Part shown: in pieces, positions 39,665-49,276 of the stretch
How positions within the stretch are numbered: the stretch's first letter is position 1
How the letters are laid out: each line of letters opens with the position of its first letter
DNA from: Bacillota bacterium
Lineage (GTDB): Bacteria; Bacillota; Clostridia; Lachnospirales; Lachnospiraceae
Direction: 5' to 3'
Assembly: GCA_023411215.1 (NCBI GenBank)
Contig: JAEYOY010000038.1
Coordinates: forward strand, 1-64,000
Length of the DNA stretch: 64,000 nt
Notes under the pieces: generated by a model
Told to the model about the DNA's origin: nothing
The model's database searches: none
Seen by the model: the letters and a program-made list of their open reading frames with translations, nothing else
Made by a program: the position numbers and the translations under genes

Positions 39665-40594
39665 TTACCATACTCCGCGTTCGCCGAACTTCTTAGCTAT
39701 GGCGTTAGCGCTTAATAGGAATATTACACATACTACAGATTGAAACAGACCCACTGCAGCCGTCAGCGAGAATTGGAAGCCTCGGATACCTACTCGATAT
39801 ACATAGGTACTTAATACATCAGCAACACCCATTACAAGGCTGTTGGAGAAAGAATAAGGTCGGTCAAATTCACTTCCCAAGATACGTCCCATGTTCATAA
39901 TAAGAAGAACTACGATGGTGGAACGAATTCCGGGCAGTGTAATATGCCATATCTTCTTCCAACGGGTTGCGCCGTCTACCTCTGCTGCTTCATAAAGCTC
40001 AGGATTAATTCCTGTGATTGCAGCTAGATAAATGATGGTATTCCAACCCATCTCCTTCCATAAACCGAAGGCTATGTAGGTTGCTACATAGAGTGTAGGA
40101 TTTGTAAGGAAGTCAATGGATTCTGCACCCATACCATTCAGCAATACATTCACCATACCAGAACGGGGAGCAAGTAACTGTTTCGCAATACCGCTGATAA
40201 TAATCCAAGATAAGAAGTGTGGTAAATAGACGATTGTCTGGGTAACCTTCTTATAACGCTTAAATGCAAGCTCATTTAGTAATATTGCAAGAAAAATAGG
40301 CATCGGAAATCCGAAGACCAGGTCCAGAGAATTCAACATCAAGGTGTTGCGCAGAGCATCCCAGAAATCTTTGGTTGTAAATGCTTTTGCAAACCATTTG
40401 TATAAAGGTTCGGACCACGGTGATGCCCACACACCCTTGAACATGTTGTATTCCTTAAATGCCATTGTGATATTCGTCATAGGCAAATAACGGAATACGA
40501 CGGCAAACGCCACCGGTAAAGCCATCATTAGATACAGTGTCCATGTCTTTTTAATGTATAGAATGGTTTTGCGAGTGACACTTTTTTGTTTCAT
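39665..40594 (-). CDS. sugar ABC transporter permease
   Basis: 6 TM helices. EAA loop (EAAEVDGATRWKKIWHITLP). Confidence 0.85.
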   Translation of the reverse strand: MKQKSVTRKTILYIKKTWTLYLMMALPVAFAVVFRYLPMTNITMAFKEYNMFKGVWASPWSEPLYKWFAKAFTTKDFWDALRNTLMLNSLDLVFGFPMPIFLAILLNELAFKRYKKVTQTIVYLPHFLSWIIISGIAKQLLAPRSGMVNVLLNGMGAESIDFLTNPTLYVATYIAFGLWKEMGWNTIIYLAAITGINPELYEAAEVDGATRWKKIWHITLPGIRSTIVVLLIMNMGRILGSEFDRPYSFSNSLVMGVADVLSTYVYRVGIRGFQFSLTAAVGLFQSVVCVIFLLSANAIAKKFGERGVW

Positions 40595-41015
40595 ACATGA
40601 TCCCCCTTAATGCTTTATTCAGGATGAAATGGAAGAAATCCCTGAATGTTCCTATAATTACAATTGGTTTCAAAGTGAATTGTTATAGCTCTTATAATTA
40701 GACATATTACCTTATTTAAGTATTGCAATAAGCCAAAAATGAATGTATAATTTTCCTATATAATTCACTAATTAAACCAATTATAGGTTCATTATATCAG
40801 CAAAACATACAATAAAACATAGGAAAACTATTGAAATCATGTACAAATTATGGATTAGTTTTTTATACAGATAAATAGTTGAAAATCACCGAATTATTCA
40901 CTATCAATCTGATTAAAAGAGTAATTTTTTGTAATGTTATTACTCTGATCCGGTTCTTAGATACAGCTAAATACACCACTAATTATAGTTTCGAAAGATA
41001 AGGAGCGGAATATCT

Positions 41016-41828
41016 ATGGTATATGAAACATTGGATACAATCGTTGCTACAATTGAATATTATAACCATCGCGAGAGAACTCCTGATTGGTGCATTGATG
41101 ATGCAATTATTAATTTCGTCGATATCACCTATATAGTTAACGGCCAGGCAGAATATACAATCGATGGTCAAAAATACATTGTATCTGCCGGGGATCTGCT
41201 ATGCATCCCTTCCGGAAGCCGTCGCTCTGCCTTCACCTATCCTGATTCGTTAGTCGAATCCTATTGCATCAACGGTATGATACGTAATATTGATGGAGAG
41301 GACATCAGTCCCCCCTTCCCTACGGTAAGTAAAATAGGAATTTATAAGGATATTATTTCCCTTTATAGTGACCTGACCTGTATATGGCATCTACGGGATC
41401 CTGGTTATCACCTTAAGGCCAGAGCAATCTATCTAATGATCCTCCAGCGTTATCTTCAGATTATTGTATACCAGAAGGATACCAACATTACAGACAAGAG
41501 GATAAAAAAGGCACTTCACTATATGACCACTCATTATCAAGAGTCACTTACTGTGCAGAAGATGGCGGAACTGGTGAATTTAAGCAATATGTATTTCGGA
41601 AATCTGTTCAAGCAGGAAACCGGTATGTCCTTTCATAAATTCTTGACCTCTATTCGCCTAAATCGTGCAGAGGATATGTTGTACAGCGGCGAATACAAGA
41701 TCAATGAGATTGCTGATGCCTGCGGTTTTTCCGATGTATTCTATTTCAGCCGCTTATTCAAAGAGAGCAGGGGCTTTGCACCGTCCAATGTGATCCGAAC
41801 CAGAAAAGAACATAGCATAAATGAATAA
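41016..41828 (+). CDS. AraC-family transcriptional regulator
   Basis: N-terminal cupin-like sensor and C-terminal AraC HTH (FGNLFKQETGMSFHKFLTSIRLNRA). Divergent from the ABC sugar importer. Confidence 0.85.
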   Translation: MVYETLDTIVATIEYYNHRERTPDWCIDDAIINFVDITYIVNGQAEYTIDGQKYIVSAGDLLCIPSGSRRSAFTYPDSLVESYCINGMIRNIDGEDISPPFPTVSKIGIYKDIISLYSDLTCIWHLRDPGYHLKARAIYLMILQRYLQIIVYQKDTNITDKRIKKALHYMTTHYQESLTVQKMAELVNLSNMYFGNLFKQETGMSFHKFLTSIRLNRAEDMLYSGEYKINEIADACGFSDVFYFSRLFKESRGFAPSNVIRTRKEHSINE

Positions 41829-41839
41829 TCCATATGAAG

Positions 41840-41868
41840 AAGGTCTGCCTGGCAGACTTTCTTTTATT
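41840..41868 (+). terminator. intrinsic terminator after AraC gene
   Basis: ggtctgcctggcagac hairpin followed by tttcttttatt. Confidence 0.55.
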
Positions 41869-42039
41869 ATATAACAATAGAATACTACTTCGAGAACTTT
41901 CTATTGTCATGAATCAAAAAGAGCAGCTATGTCGTTCAATGCATTCGAGGTTTTAGTTTAATCCAATAACTTGAATGCAACAGAACTCATCCGCTGCTCT
42001 CTCTAAGGATTATTGCTTTCTAATAATCCTTTATTCACA

Positions 42040-43227
42040 CTAATATAGATGTCCCATCTTTTCTTTCTTTGTCTCAAAGTATCTCTTATTATACTTATTT
42101 GTATCCATTATGATAGGTACCCTCTCTACGATCTCAATTCCATGGCCTCTTAGACCTACCAGCTTCTTCGGATTATTGGTCATTAACCGAATTTTTCCAA
42201 CCTTTAACTCACTTAATATCTGAGCACCTATGCCGTAATCTCTCATATCTGCCGGGAAGCCCAACGCAATATTCGCTTCCTCCGTATCCAACCCTTCCTC
42301 CTGAAGCTTATAAGCTTTTATCTTATTAATCAAGCCAATTCCACGACCCTCCTGCCTCAGATACAAGAGGACACCCTTCCCCTCTTTTTCGATATTCTGC
42401 AAGGCAGCTGCCAATTGCTCACCACAATCGCATTTTAAGGAATGAAAGGCATCACCTGTCAGACATTCGGAGTGAACCCGAACCAGAACTTCGTCATTAG
42501 GATCAATTATACCTTTTACCAGGGCAACATGATGCTCACCATTCAACTTATTAACAAAGCCTACCATTCGAAAATCACCATATTCGGTAGGTAGATTGGC
42601 TTCCGCTTCCCTCACTACATAACAATCGGTCTCTCTCCGGTAGGCAATCAGTTCCTCTATCGTTATGATCTTAAGGTCCTCTCTCCTTGCATATTCCAGT
42701 AGCTGCTCCCCCCGTAATACATCACCCGTGTCGCCAAGTACCTCTGTGAAGGTACCTGAGGGGTAGCTGCCTGCTATTTTCGCAAGATCCGAAGCGGCTT
42801 CCGCATATCCGGCTTTCTTTAGAACGCCGCCCTCTGATGCTTTCATGATAAAGACATGACCAGGCGTTTTAAAATGATTGGGATCAATTGAGTGCTTTAG
42901 TAAGCTTCGTATGGTTTGCTCCCGGCCCTCTGCAGTAATCCCGTTCATACTATCAATTCCATCTACGGATAGCAGATAAGCATTGGGATTGCTATGATTT
43001 CCATAGGCGTTAAGCTGTGGTAATCTAATCTCATTTATCTTCTCAGAAGGAAGCGAGATGCAGGTAAATCCAGTACCATGCTTCATCATATAATTAATAT
43101 TTTCCTTCACAGCCAGCTCGCTTGCAACGAAGAATACACCTCCACTTATTGCCAGGTCATCATCGGCAATGATAACAATTTTACTCTTTTTAACATCTTC
43201 AATAACATCATGTAATTCTACTGACAT
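42040..43227 (-). CDS. ribBA: RibBA-like bifunctional protein: GTP cyclohydrolase II domain intact, DHBP synthase domain apparently degenerate
   Basis: The C-terminal GCHII is conserved (VRVHSECLTGDAFHSLKCDCG; YLRQEGRGIGL). The N-terminal RibB-like domain has DDDLAISGGV instead of DDEDRENEGD, and GYAEA instead of the catalytic GHTEA. Confidence 0.85.
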   Translation of the reverse strand: MSVELHDVIEDVKKSKIVIIADDDLAISGGVFFVASELAVKENINYMMKHGTGFTCISLPSEKINEIRLPQLNAYGNHSNPNAYLLSVDGIDSMNGITAEGREQTIRSLLKHSIDPNHFKTPGHVFIMKASEGGVLKKAGYAEAASDLAKIAGSYPSGTFTEVLGDTGDVLRGEQLLEYARREDLKIITIEELIAYRRETDCYVVREAEANLPTEYGDFRMVGFVNKLNGEHHVALVKGIIDPNDEVLVRVHSECLTGDAFHSLKCDCGEQLAAALQNIEKEGKGVLLYLRQEGRGIGLINKIKAYKLQEEGLDTEEANIALGFPADMRDYGIGAQILSELKVGKIRLMTNNPKKLVGLRGHGIEIVERVPIIMDTNKYNKRYFETKKEKMGHLY

Positions 43228-43279
43228 TTGTTTATCCTCCTTGTTTGATTATGCAGTATTTATGTTGAATAATTTGTTC

Positions 43280-44392
43280 TTATATTAAATACCCTTTAAC
43301 GATAACATCTGGGCCGACTATCTCATGTGACACCCGCTTAAGTACAATTGCATCTCTCATGTATTCGATGCCTTCGCCTCCGACTGGAGTAAAAGCGTTT
43401 CTGCCACCAATTATTTTAGGAGCTATTGCTGCATAGACCTTATGCACGCAACCGCTCTCAAAGGCAGAGGCAAGAATTGCACTCCCTCCTTCAATATATA
43501 AGGAATCAATGCCCATACTCCCCAACAATCTCATGATATCTCGAAAGTCAATCCGATTATTCACTTCCTTTAGCTTGGCAATCAGAATCCCTTTCTCAAG
43601 AAACTCTTCCTCTTTTTGAGGTGATAGTTTATCCGAGGTGATAATCAAGGTTTTCACGTTTTCATCTACCTTAAGCACCTTAGCTTCCATCGGGATATCG
43701 CCATACCTTGATACAATAACACGCAGTGGATTAGAAACCTTCACACCGCTCAGTCTTGTTGTGAGCATCGGATCATCCATTTTAACGGTATTCTCCCCAA
43801 CCATGATTGCTGTGACCCGCTGTCGTAAGTGATGGACGAACCGCAAGCTATCCTCCGAGCTGATCCATTTGGAATCGCCTGTCTTCGTAGCCAGCTTTCC
43901 ATCCAGTGTCATCGCCCATTTAACAAAAACAAAGGGCTCTTTATTCTTTATATAATAGGAATAAATTTCATTCTGCTCTTCACACTCTGCGGAAAGAACT
44001 CCAACCTCAGCATCTACTCCTAACTTGGTAAGTTCTGACCAGAAATCCATTTTCTTCTTAGGATTAGGATCAGGCATACCGACAAATAGCTTAGCAATTC
44101 CTCTTTCTTTAATCAGGTTAAGACATTCCTGAACTCTTGGCTCGGATTGAAACGGTTCAATATTCAGATAAAGCTCGGCACCTGTCAGATCATCCGTTGT
44201 CTGCCTCAATACTTTTATCTCGGCAGGTTCAGAACCATAAGCCACATAACAAGCCTCCCCAAGTATTCTACCATCTTTAACCAGTAATGCACCGGACAGA
44301 GGATCTGGATTAACAAAACCGCTGCCTTGATTAGCCAACTCAATAGCTCTCTTCATATATTCTGTATTCATAGGATATCCCCCCTGTAGCAT
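43280..44392 (-). CDS. ribD: RibD-like protein: pyrimidine reductase domain intact, deaminase zinc site apparently degenerate
   Basis: The reductase region is conserved (TLDGKLATKTGDSKWISSE). The deaminase motifs are altered: EAHAE becomes SEPAE, and PCSHxGxTPPC becomes PFQSEPRVQEC, so 2 of 3 Zn ligands are lost. Confidence 0.85.
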   Translation of the reverse strand: MLQGGYPMNTEYMKRAIELANQGSGFVNPDPLSGALLVKDGRILGEACYVAYGSEPAEIKVLRQTTDDLTGAELYLNIEPFQSEPRVQECLNLIKERGIAKLFVGMPDPNPKKKMDFWSELTKLGVDAEVGVLSAECEEQNEIYSYYIKNKEPFVFVKWAMTLDGKLATKTGDSKWISSEDSLRFVHHLRQRVTAIMVGENTVKMDDPMLTTRLSGVKVSNPLRVIVSRYGDIPMEAKVLKVDENVKTLIITSDKLSPQKEEEFLEKGILIAKLKEVNNRIDFRDIMRLLGSMGIDSLYIEGGSAILASAFESGCVHKVYAAIAPKIIGGRNAFTPVGGEGIEYMRDAIVLKRVSHEIVGPDVIVKGYLI

Positions 44393-44629
44393 AAAACTGA
44401 TTATAATGCTTTATAACACGAGATAACTAATCCGCTTATATTGCATAAGATGATGAACCTTATATTGTATTATATTAATTTCTGTTAAGTGTGTCAATTT
44501 TATTGTTATTTTCAAAATTTAATGCTCCGATTAGCGAATTTCCCAAACAATAGCAGTGCAGGTATATAATGTTACATAGGAGCTTTATTTGTTTTATAAT
44601 ACCCACTTTCCATGTAACGATTGAAAGCA

Positions 44630-44738
44630 CACTTCGCGAGCTTACTATTGTCCTATACGATGTCATAAACCGGTAGAAACACGCTTCGCGAACTTTCTAT
44701 TGTCCTATACAAGATGAATTGATAAATCAATTCACTTG
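44630..44738. repeat. two tandem copies of a dispersed intergenic repeat plus a shared 31-bp segment
   Basis: cacttcgcgagcttactattgtcctatacgatg (44630-44662) and cgcttcgcgaactttctattgtcctatacaagatg (44682-44716). atacaagatgaattgataaatcaattc recurs at 52248-52274. Related CTTTCTATTGTCA copies sit at 13180, 15093, 41888 and 52320-52377. Confidence 0.5.
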
Positions 44739-44873
44739 TAATAAAAAACAGAGTAAACAAGGATTCATCCTTATATACTCTGTCTCTGTAATATTCATAA
44801 ACTGAGAAAGATATTTCTTATGAGCTCCCAACACTTTATCCAGCAACTCAACTGAATCGCTTGGGAGCCATTC

Positions 44874-45119
44874 TTATACCCTACTCATGATCTTCTCAAC
44901 AAAGAATTCTTTGACCTGTTTTGGTTCGATCCGAAATTCCTCATTATCCACCTTAATGGATACCCCTTTGGCCTGGCACTGCTTCATGCAAAATATTGCT
45001 TCAAAATTGAGTTGATCATGCAAGGAATGCTGCTCTATCAATTGTTGAATATCCTGAACTACATTGTAAGAACCGTTCAGATGGCAGGACGTACCGACGC
45101 ATACTCTAACTTCGACCAT
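44874..45119 (-). CDS. thioredoxin-like [2Fe-2S] ferredoxin-domain protein (NuoE-like mini protein)
   Basis: 81 aa. CVGTSCHLNGS and CMKQC Cys pattern of NuoE/HndA-type 2Fe-2S domains. Last gene of the hydrogenase operon. Confidence 0.6.
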   Translation of the reverse strand: MVEVRVCVGTSCHLNGSYNVVQDIQQLIEQHSLHDQLNFEAIFCMKQCQAKGVSIKVDNEEFRIEPKQVKEFFVEKIMSRV

Positions 45120-46817
45120 TTAAATATGCTCCTTTCCATGGGTGTAATCCACATGTAGTAGTTCATGAACCCTGCCCTGCAATACTCCCTTATAGAGGGT
45201 CATCATCAGAGGATTCTCCTCTGCAAATTTCACATTGCATAGCTTATCTGCCGCATACAGGCCTTTTCCTCTACCTTCACGAACCTTCGACTCTGCAAAG
45301 GGTTGACCGGCACCGCTTACACAGCCACCGGGACAAGCCATGACCTCTACAAAATCATAATGCTCACCGGATTTTATCCGTTCAATCAGATCACTAGCAT
45401 TCTTCAGACCACTGACAATTGCTATCTTAACTTCTTTGTCACCATACATAACTGTGGTTTCCTTCACGCCCTTCATTCCTCTGACACCCTGATAAGCAAT
45501 CGACATAAGTGCTCCCTTGGATTTATCAGCAGAGAGTCTACGAAGCACAGCCTCGGTTACCCCCCCTGTAACACCGAAGATTACTCCTGCTCCTGTCATA
45601 GTTCCAAAAGGCATATCAACAGCCTCCGGTTCCAAATCATTGAAAATAATTCCAGCTTCGCGGATCATCTGGATCAATTCCTGTGTCGTAATGACATAAT
45701 CTACATTGGGACTGCCCTCTACCATAAACTCTTCTCTTGTTGCTTCCTGTTTCTTAGCCGTACAGGGCATAATCGCAATATGTACATGGCGGCGGCTGGA
45801 GCTGCTGGATTGATCCTTAACAATGGATGCCAGCATCTGCATCGGAGAACGGCAGGTAGATACATTTGGTAACAGCTCAGGATAATTCTTCTCACAATAC
45901 TGAACCCAGGCAGGACAGCAGGATGTAAATAGGGGTAATTGACTGCCGTTTTGCAAGCGGCCAAGGAATTCCGAGGTTTCCTCCAGTACGGTAAGATCCG
46001 CTCCGGTACTGGTATCATAGATTTCATCAAAGCCCATACGGCGCAGAGCTGCAACAATCTTGCCCATTGCATTTTCTTCCGATTTCACATCCATCTTCTT
46101 CCCAAGTCCAACGCGGACTGCCGGCGCGATTTGCACCGTCACCTTAGTATTTACATCATCTAGGGCTTCCCATACCTTCTGGGTATGATTCTTTACAACG
46201 ATGGCACCGGTGGGACACACAGCAGCACACTGTCCGCAGCCGACACAGGGAGATTCAGCAATCGGAATATCAAAGGCGGTACTGATGGTCATATTGGAAC
46301 CGCGGTGCGCAAAGTCGATGGCACCGACATTCTGTATCTCGTTACACATTCTTACACAATCTCCGCAAAGAATGCATTTATTCGTATCTCTGGTAATGCT
46401 TACCGAAGAATCATCCAGTCTGGGATGTTCTGCAGTATTCGGAAAGCGTACCCCAGTAATATTAAATCTCATAGCCAGATCCTGAAGCTTACACTTCCCG
46501 TTGTTGCCACAGGTGGTGCAATCGCGGCAATGGTTTGCCAGCAGCAGCTCTAGTATATTCTTACGGTATCTGCGCAACCGTTCCGTATTTGTCTTGATAT
46601 TCATACCTGCCTTCGGTATCGTGGAGCAGGCCGCATCGATTCCACCCCATTCATTCTCGACCATGCACATACGACAGGCGCCATAGATAGAAAGTTCAGA
46701 ATGATAGCAGAAGGTTGGCATCTTGATACCGACTTTACGAATCAGCTCCAATAGGTTTTTTTCCTGGCTTATTTCTACGGGTATACCGTCAATTGTCATA
46801 ATTTTATTCTTATCCAT
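45120..46817 (-). CDS. hydA: [FeFe]-hydrogenase catalytic subunit (HydA/HndD, bifurcating type)
   Basis: H-cluster motifs L1 (TSCCPAW), L2 (MPCTAKKQE) and L3 (EVMACPGGCVSGAGQP). N-terminal 2Fe-2S and 4Fe-4S ferredoxin domains. Confidence 0.9.
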   Translation of the reverse strand: MDKNKIMTIDGIPVEISQEKNLLELIRKVGIKMPTFCYHSELSIYGACRMCMVENEWGGIDAACSTIPKAGMNIKTNTERLRRYRKNILELLLANHCRDCTTCGNNGKCKLQDLAMRFNITGVRFPNTAEHPRLDDSSVSITRDTNKCILCGDCVRMCNEIQNVGAIDFAHRGSNMTISTAFDIPIAESPCVGCGQCAAVCPTGAIVVKNHTQKVWEALDDVNTKVTVQIAPAVRVGLGKKMDVKSEENAMGKIVAALRRMGFDEIYDTSTGADLTVLEETSEFLGRLQNGSQLPLFTSCCPAWVQYCEKNYPELLPNVSTCRSPMQMLASIVKDQSSSSSRRHVHIAIMPCTAKKQEATREEFMVEGSPNVDYVITTQELIQMIREAGIIFNDLEPEAVDMPFGTMTGAGVIFGVTGGVTEAVLRRLSADKSKGALMSIAYQGVRGMKGVKETTVMYGDKEVKIAIVSGLKNASDLIERIKSGEHYDFVEVMACPGGCVSGAGQPFAESKVREGRGKGLYAADKLCNVKFAEENPLMMTLYKGVLQGRVHELLHVDYTHGKEHI

Positions 46818-46868
46818 TTCAATTCACCATGCTGCAGCATCTTTGCAGCTTAATCCTTTCTCCACTTC

Positions 46869-48737
46869 TTACGCGATTGCATGGAATGGACATGCAGTGA
46901 TACAAGCTCCACACTTGATACATTTCGTTCCATCAATATGAAAGGGTTCCTTCACTTTGCCACTGATTGCATTCACCGGACAGGACCTGGAGCATTTTGA
47001 GCAGCCCTTACAAAGGTCTGGATCAATCGTAATTGATTTTAGTTTCTGGCAGTTACCGGTGGGGCAGTGTTTTGCATGGATATGTGCCTCATATTCTTCT
47101 CGGAAATGCTTGATGGTACTGACAATAGGGAAAGGAGCTGATTTTCCGAGACCGCAGAGAGCAGTGGAGGATATGGTATCCGCAAGCTCCAGAAGCAGTT
47201 CAATATCCCCTTCCTCGCCTTCTCCCTCTATGATTCTCTCCAGGATGGCAAGCATTCTCTTAGTGCCCTCACGACAGGGTACACATTTACCACAGGATTC
47301 ATTCTGGGTGAAATTCATAAAAAACCGCGCCACTTCCACCATACAGGTGCTCTCATCCATAACCACCAGACCGCCGGATCCGATCATCGCACCGGCTTTC
47401 TTTAGTGAATCGAAATCCAGAGGAAGATCCAGGTCTTCCTTCGTCAGACAACCACCGGAGGGACCGCCGATCTGAACTGCCTTAAACTCCCCTCCGTCCT
47501 TCATACCACCACCGACCTCAAAGATAACTTCTCTTAATGTCGTGCCCATAGGCACTTCAATCAAACCTGTGTTCTCAATGTTTCCGGTTAATGCAAAGGC
47601 TTTCGTTCCCGGGCTCTTCTCCGGTCCGATCTGCTTATACCATTCCGCTCCGTTATTGATAATCAACGGTACATTGGCATAAGTCTCTACGTTATTCAAC
47701 ACGGTAGGTTTATCGAACAAGCCTTGCTCTACTGTTCTTGGCGGTTTTACTCTTGGCATACCGCGCTTGCCTTCGATGGAGGCAGTCAGCGCACTTCCTT
47801 CTCCGCAGACAAAGGCTCCGGCACCGCGGTTAATATGTATCTGAAAGGAAAAACCGGTTCCAAGAATATTCTCACCCAACAGCCCATATTCCGTTGCCTG
47901 TTCAATCGCCAGCTTCAGGCGGCTAACAGCCATCGGATATTCAGCACGTACATAAATGTAGCCTTCATCCGCTCCACAAGCCAAACCAGCAATCATCATA
48001 CCTTCCAGCATTCTATGTGGATCCCCCTCCATGATGCTTCGATCCATAAATGCACCCGGATCGCCCTCATCTCCGTTACAAACCACATATTTTTTGGACT
48101 CCTTCTGTCTCTTAACCTGGGCCCATTTGCGTCCGGCAGGGAAACCACCGCCCCCTCTGCCCCTAAGATTAGACTCTGATATCTCGTTGATAATGTCATC
48201 GCCGGTCAACTCAAAGAGAGCCTTCTCAAAGGCTGTATATCCACCTATTCCGAAGTATTCCAGAATTGAGGTTGCATCAATCTGACCGCAATGCTCTAGT
48301 ACCAGACGGGTCTGACGCTTATAAAAGGGGATATCATCTTGCTTTTGATAAACGATACCATCCTTCTTATAAGAGAGGCGTTCGATGTGTTCTCCCTGGA
48401 TTATTGTCTTATCTATAATTTCTTCGCAGTCAGTGAGCTTAACCTTAGTATATAACCACCCCTGAGGCTCAATGCGTACCAAAGGTCCCATCTCGCAGAA
48501 GCCGTGACATCCGCTCTGTTTCATACCAACCGTCTCTTCATGAGGTTCTTTGGCCAGTTCTACACTGCAGGGCACCTTTTTATCCTGTAACAGTTCTGTT
48601 AAACGATCAAAAATGTCAAGTGCTCCGCTGGAAACACAACCAGTTCCAGCACATACCAGTATTTTCTGCGTCTGCCACTCCAGAGAGCTGCCATAGACAG
48701 CACGTACCTGAACCAGATCTTCTCTTGATTTTAGCAT
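46869..48737 (-). CDS. hydB: NuoF-like NADH-binding flavoprotein subunit of [FeFe]-hydrogenase (HydB/HndC)
   Basis: NuoF FMN/NADH motifs (GRGGGGFPAGRKW; CGKCVPCREG), N-terminal 2Fe-2S, and C-terminal 2x[4Fe-4S] (CKGCSKCSRSCP, CIKCGACITACP). Confidence 0.9.
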   Translation of the reverse strand: MLKSREDLVQVRAVYGSSLEWQTQKILVCAGTGCVSSGALDIFDRLTELLQDKKVPCSVELAKEPHEETVGMKQSGCHGFCEMGPLVRIEPQGWLYTKVKLTDCEEIIDKTIIQGEHIERLSYKKDGIVYQKQDDIPFYKRQTRLVLEHCGQIDATSILEYFGIGGYTAFEKALFELTGDDIINEISESNLRGRGGGGFPAGRKWAQVKRQKESKKYVVCNGDEGDPGAFMDRSIMEGDPHRMLEGMMIAGLACGADEGYIYVRAEYPMAVSRLKLAIEQATEYGLLGENILGTGFSFQIHINRGAGAFVCGEGSALTASIEGKRGMPRVKPPRTVEQGLFDKPTVLNNVETYANVPLIINNGAEWYKQIGPEKSPGTKAFALTGNIENTGLIEVPMGTTLREVIFEVGGGMKDGGEFKAVQIGGPSGGCLTKEDLDLPLDFDSLKKAGAMIGSGGLVVMDESTCMVEVARFFMNFTQNESCGKCVPCREGTKRMLAILERIIEGEGEEGDIELLLELADTISSTALCGLGKSAPFPIVSTIKHFREEYEAHIHAKHCPTGNCQKLKSITIDPDLCKGCSKCSRSCPVNAISGKVKEPFHIDGTKCIKCGACITACPFHAIA

Positions 48738-49276
48738 GCTAATTCCTCCTTTAATTCCTTTAAAAGTTCAGAGGTTTTCTCCGGTGTCATGGCAGGATAT
48801 ACCTTATCGTTTACCGTAATTACCGGTGCCAATCCACAAGCACCGAGGCAAGATACGGTCTCAACGGTGAAGCCAAGGTCATCCGTTGTCGTCTTCTTAT
48901 CGGAAAGCCCCAGTTCCTCTCTAAGCTTTGCCAATATTGGAATTGACTTTCGAACATGACAGGCAGTACCGTCACATATTTTAATCACAAATTGTCCTTT
49001 GGGCTCCAGAGAAAAATTCTCATAAAAAGTTGCTGTACTGTAAATTCTGGCTTCACTCACACCGATCCTCTTCGATAAATAGGGGAATACCTCTCTCGGT
49101 AAATAGCGGTAATGTTCCTGAACCCCCTGTAAAATTGCAATGATTGCACTTTGTTTGCAACCGTGCTCTTCAATAATCTTGTCAACCACTGCATAATCAA
49201 ATGTATCGTTCATAACTTTCCTCCATTCTCTTGTCTGAAAAGAATTATATAATCTAGGGTTATCATCAATGGACAT
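48731..49276 (-). CDS. hydC: NuoE-like 2Fe-2S subunit of [FeFe]-hydrogenase (HydC/HndA)
   Basis: CDGTACHVRKS...CLGACGLAPV thioredoxin-like 2Fe-2S pattern. Confidence 0.85.
   Translation of the reverse strand: MSIDDNPRLYNSFQTREWRKVMNDTFDYAVVDKIIEEHGCKQSAIIAILQGVQEHYRYLPREVFPYLSKRIGVSEARIYSTATFYENFSLEPKGQFVIKICDGTACHVRKSIPILAKLREELGLSDKKTTTDDLGFTVETVSCLGACGLAPVITVNDKVYPAMTPEKTSELLKELKEELAC

Noticed and set aside
44393-44873. FMN (RFN) riboswitch upstream of ribD
   Set aside because: Searched both strands for the conserved RFN strands (GGGGCGAAA... / ...CCGACGG type). None found. The region instead holds the dispersed repeats.
45303-46553. Multiple 60-189 aa plus-strand ORFs inside hydA
   Set aside because: Antisense to a gene with all three H-cluster motifs. 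Typical spurious ORFs in the GC-richer region.
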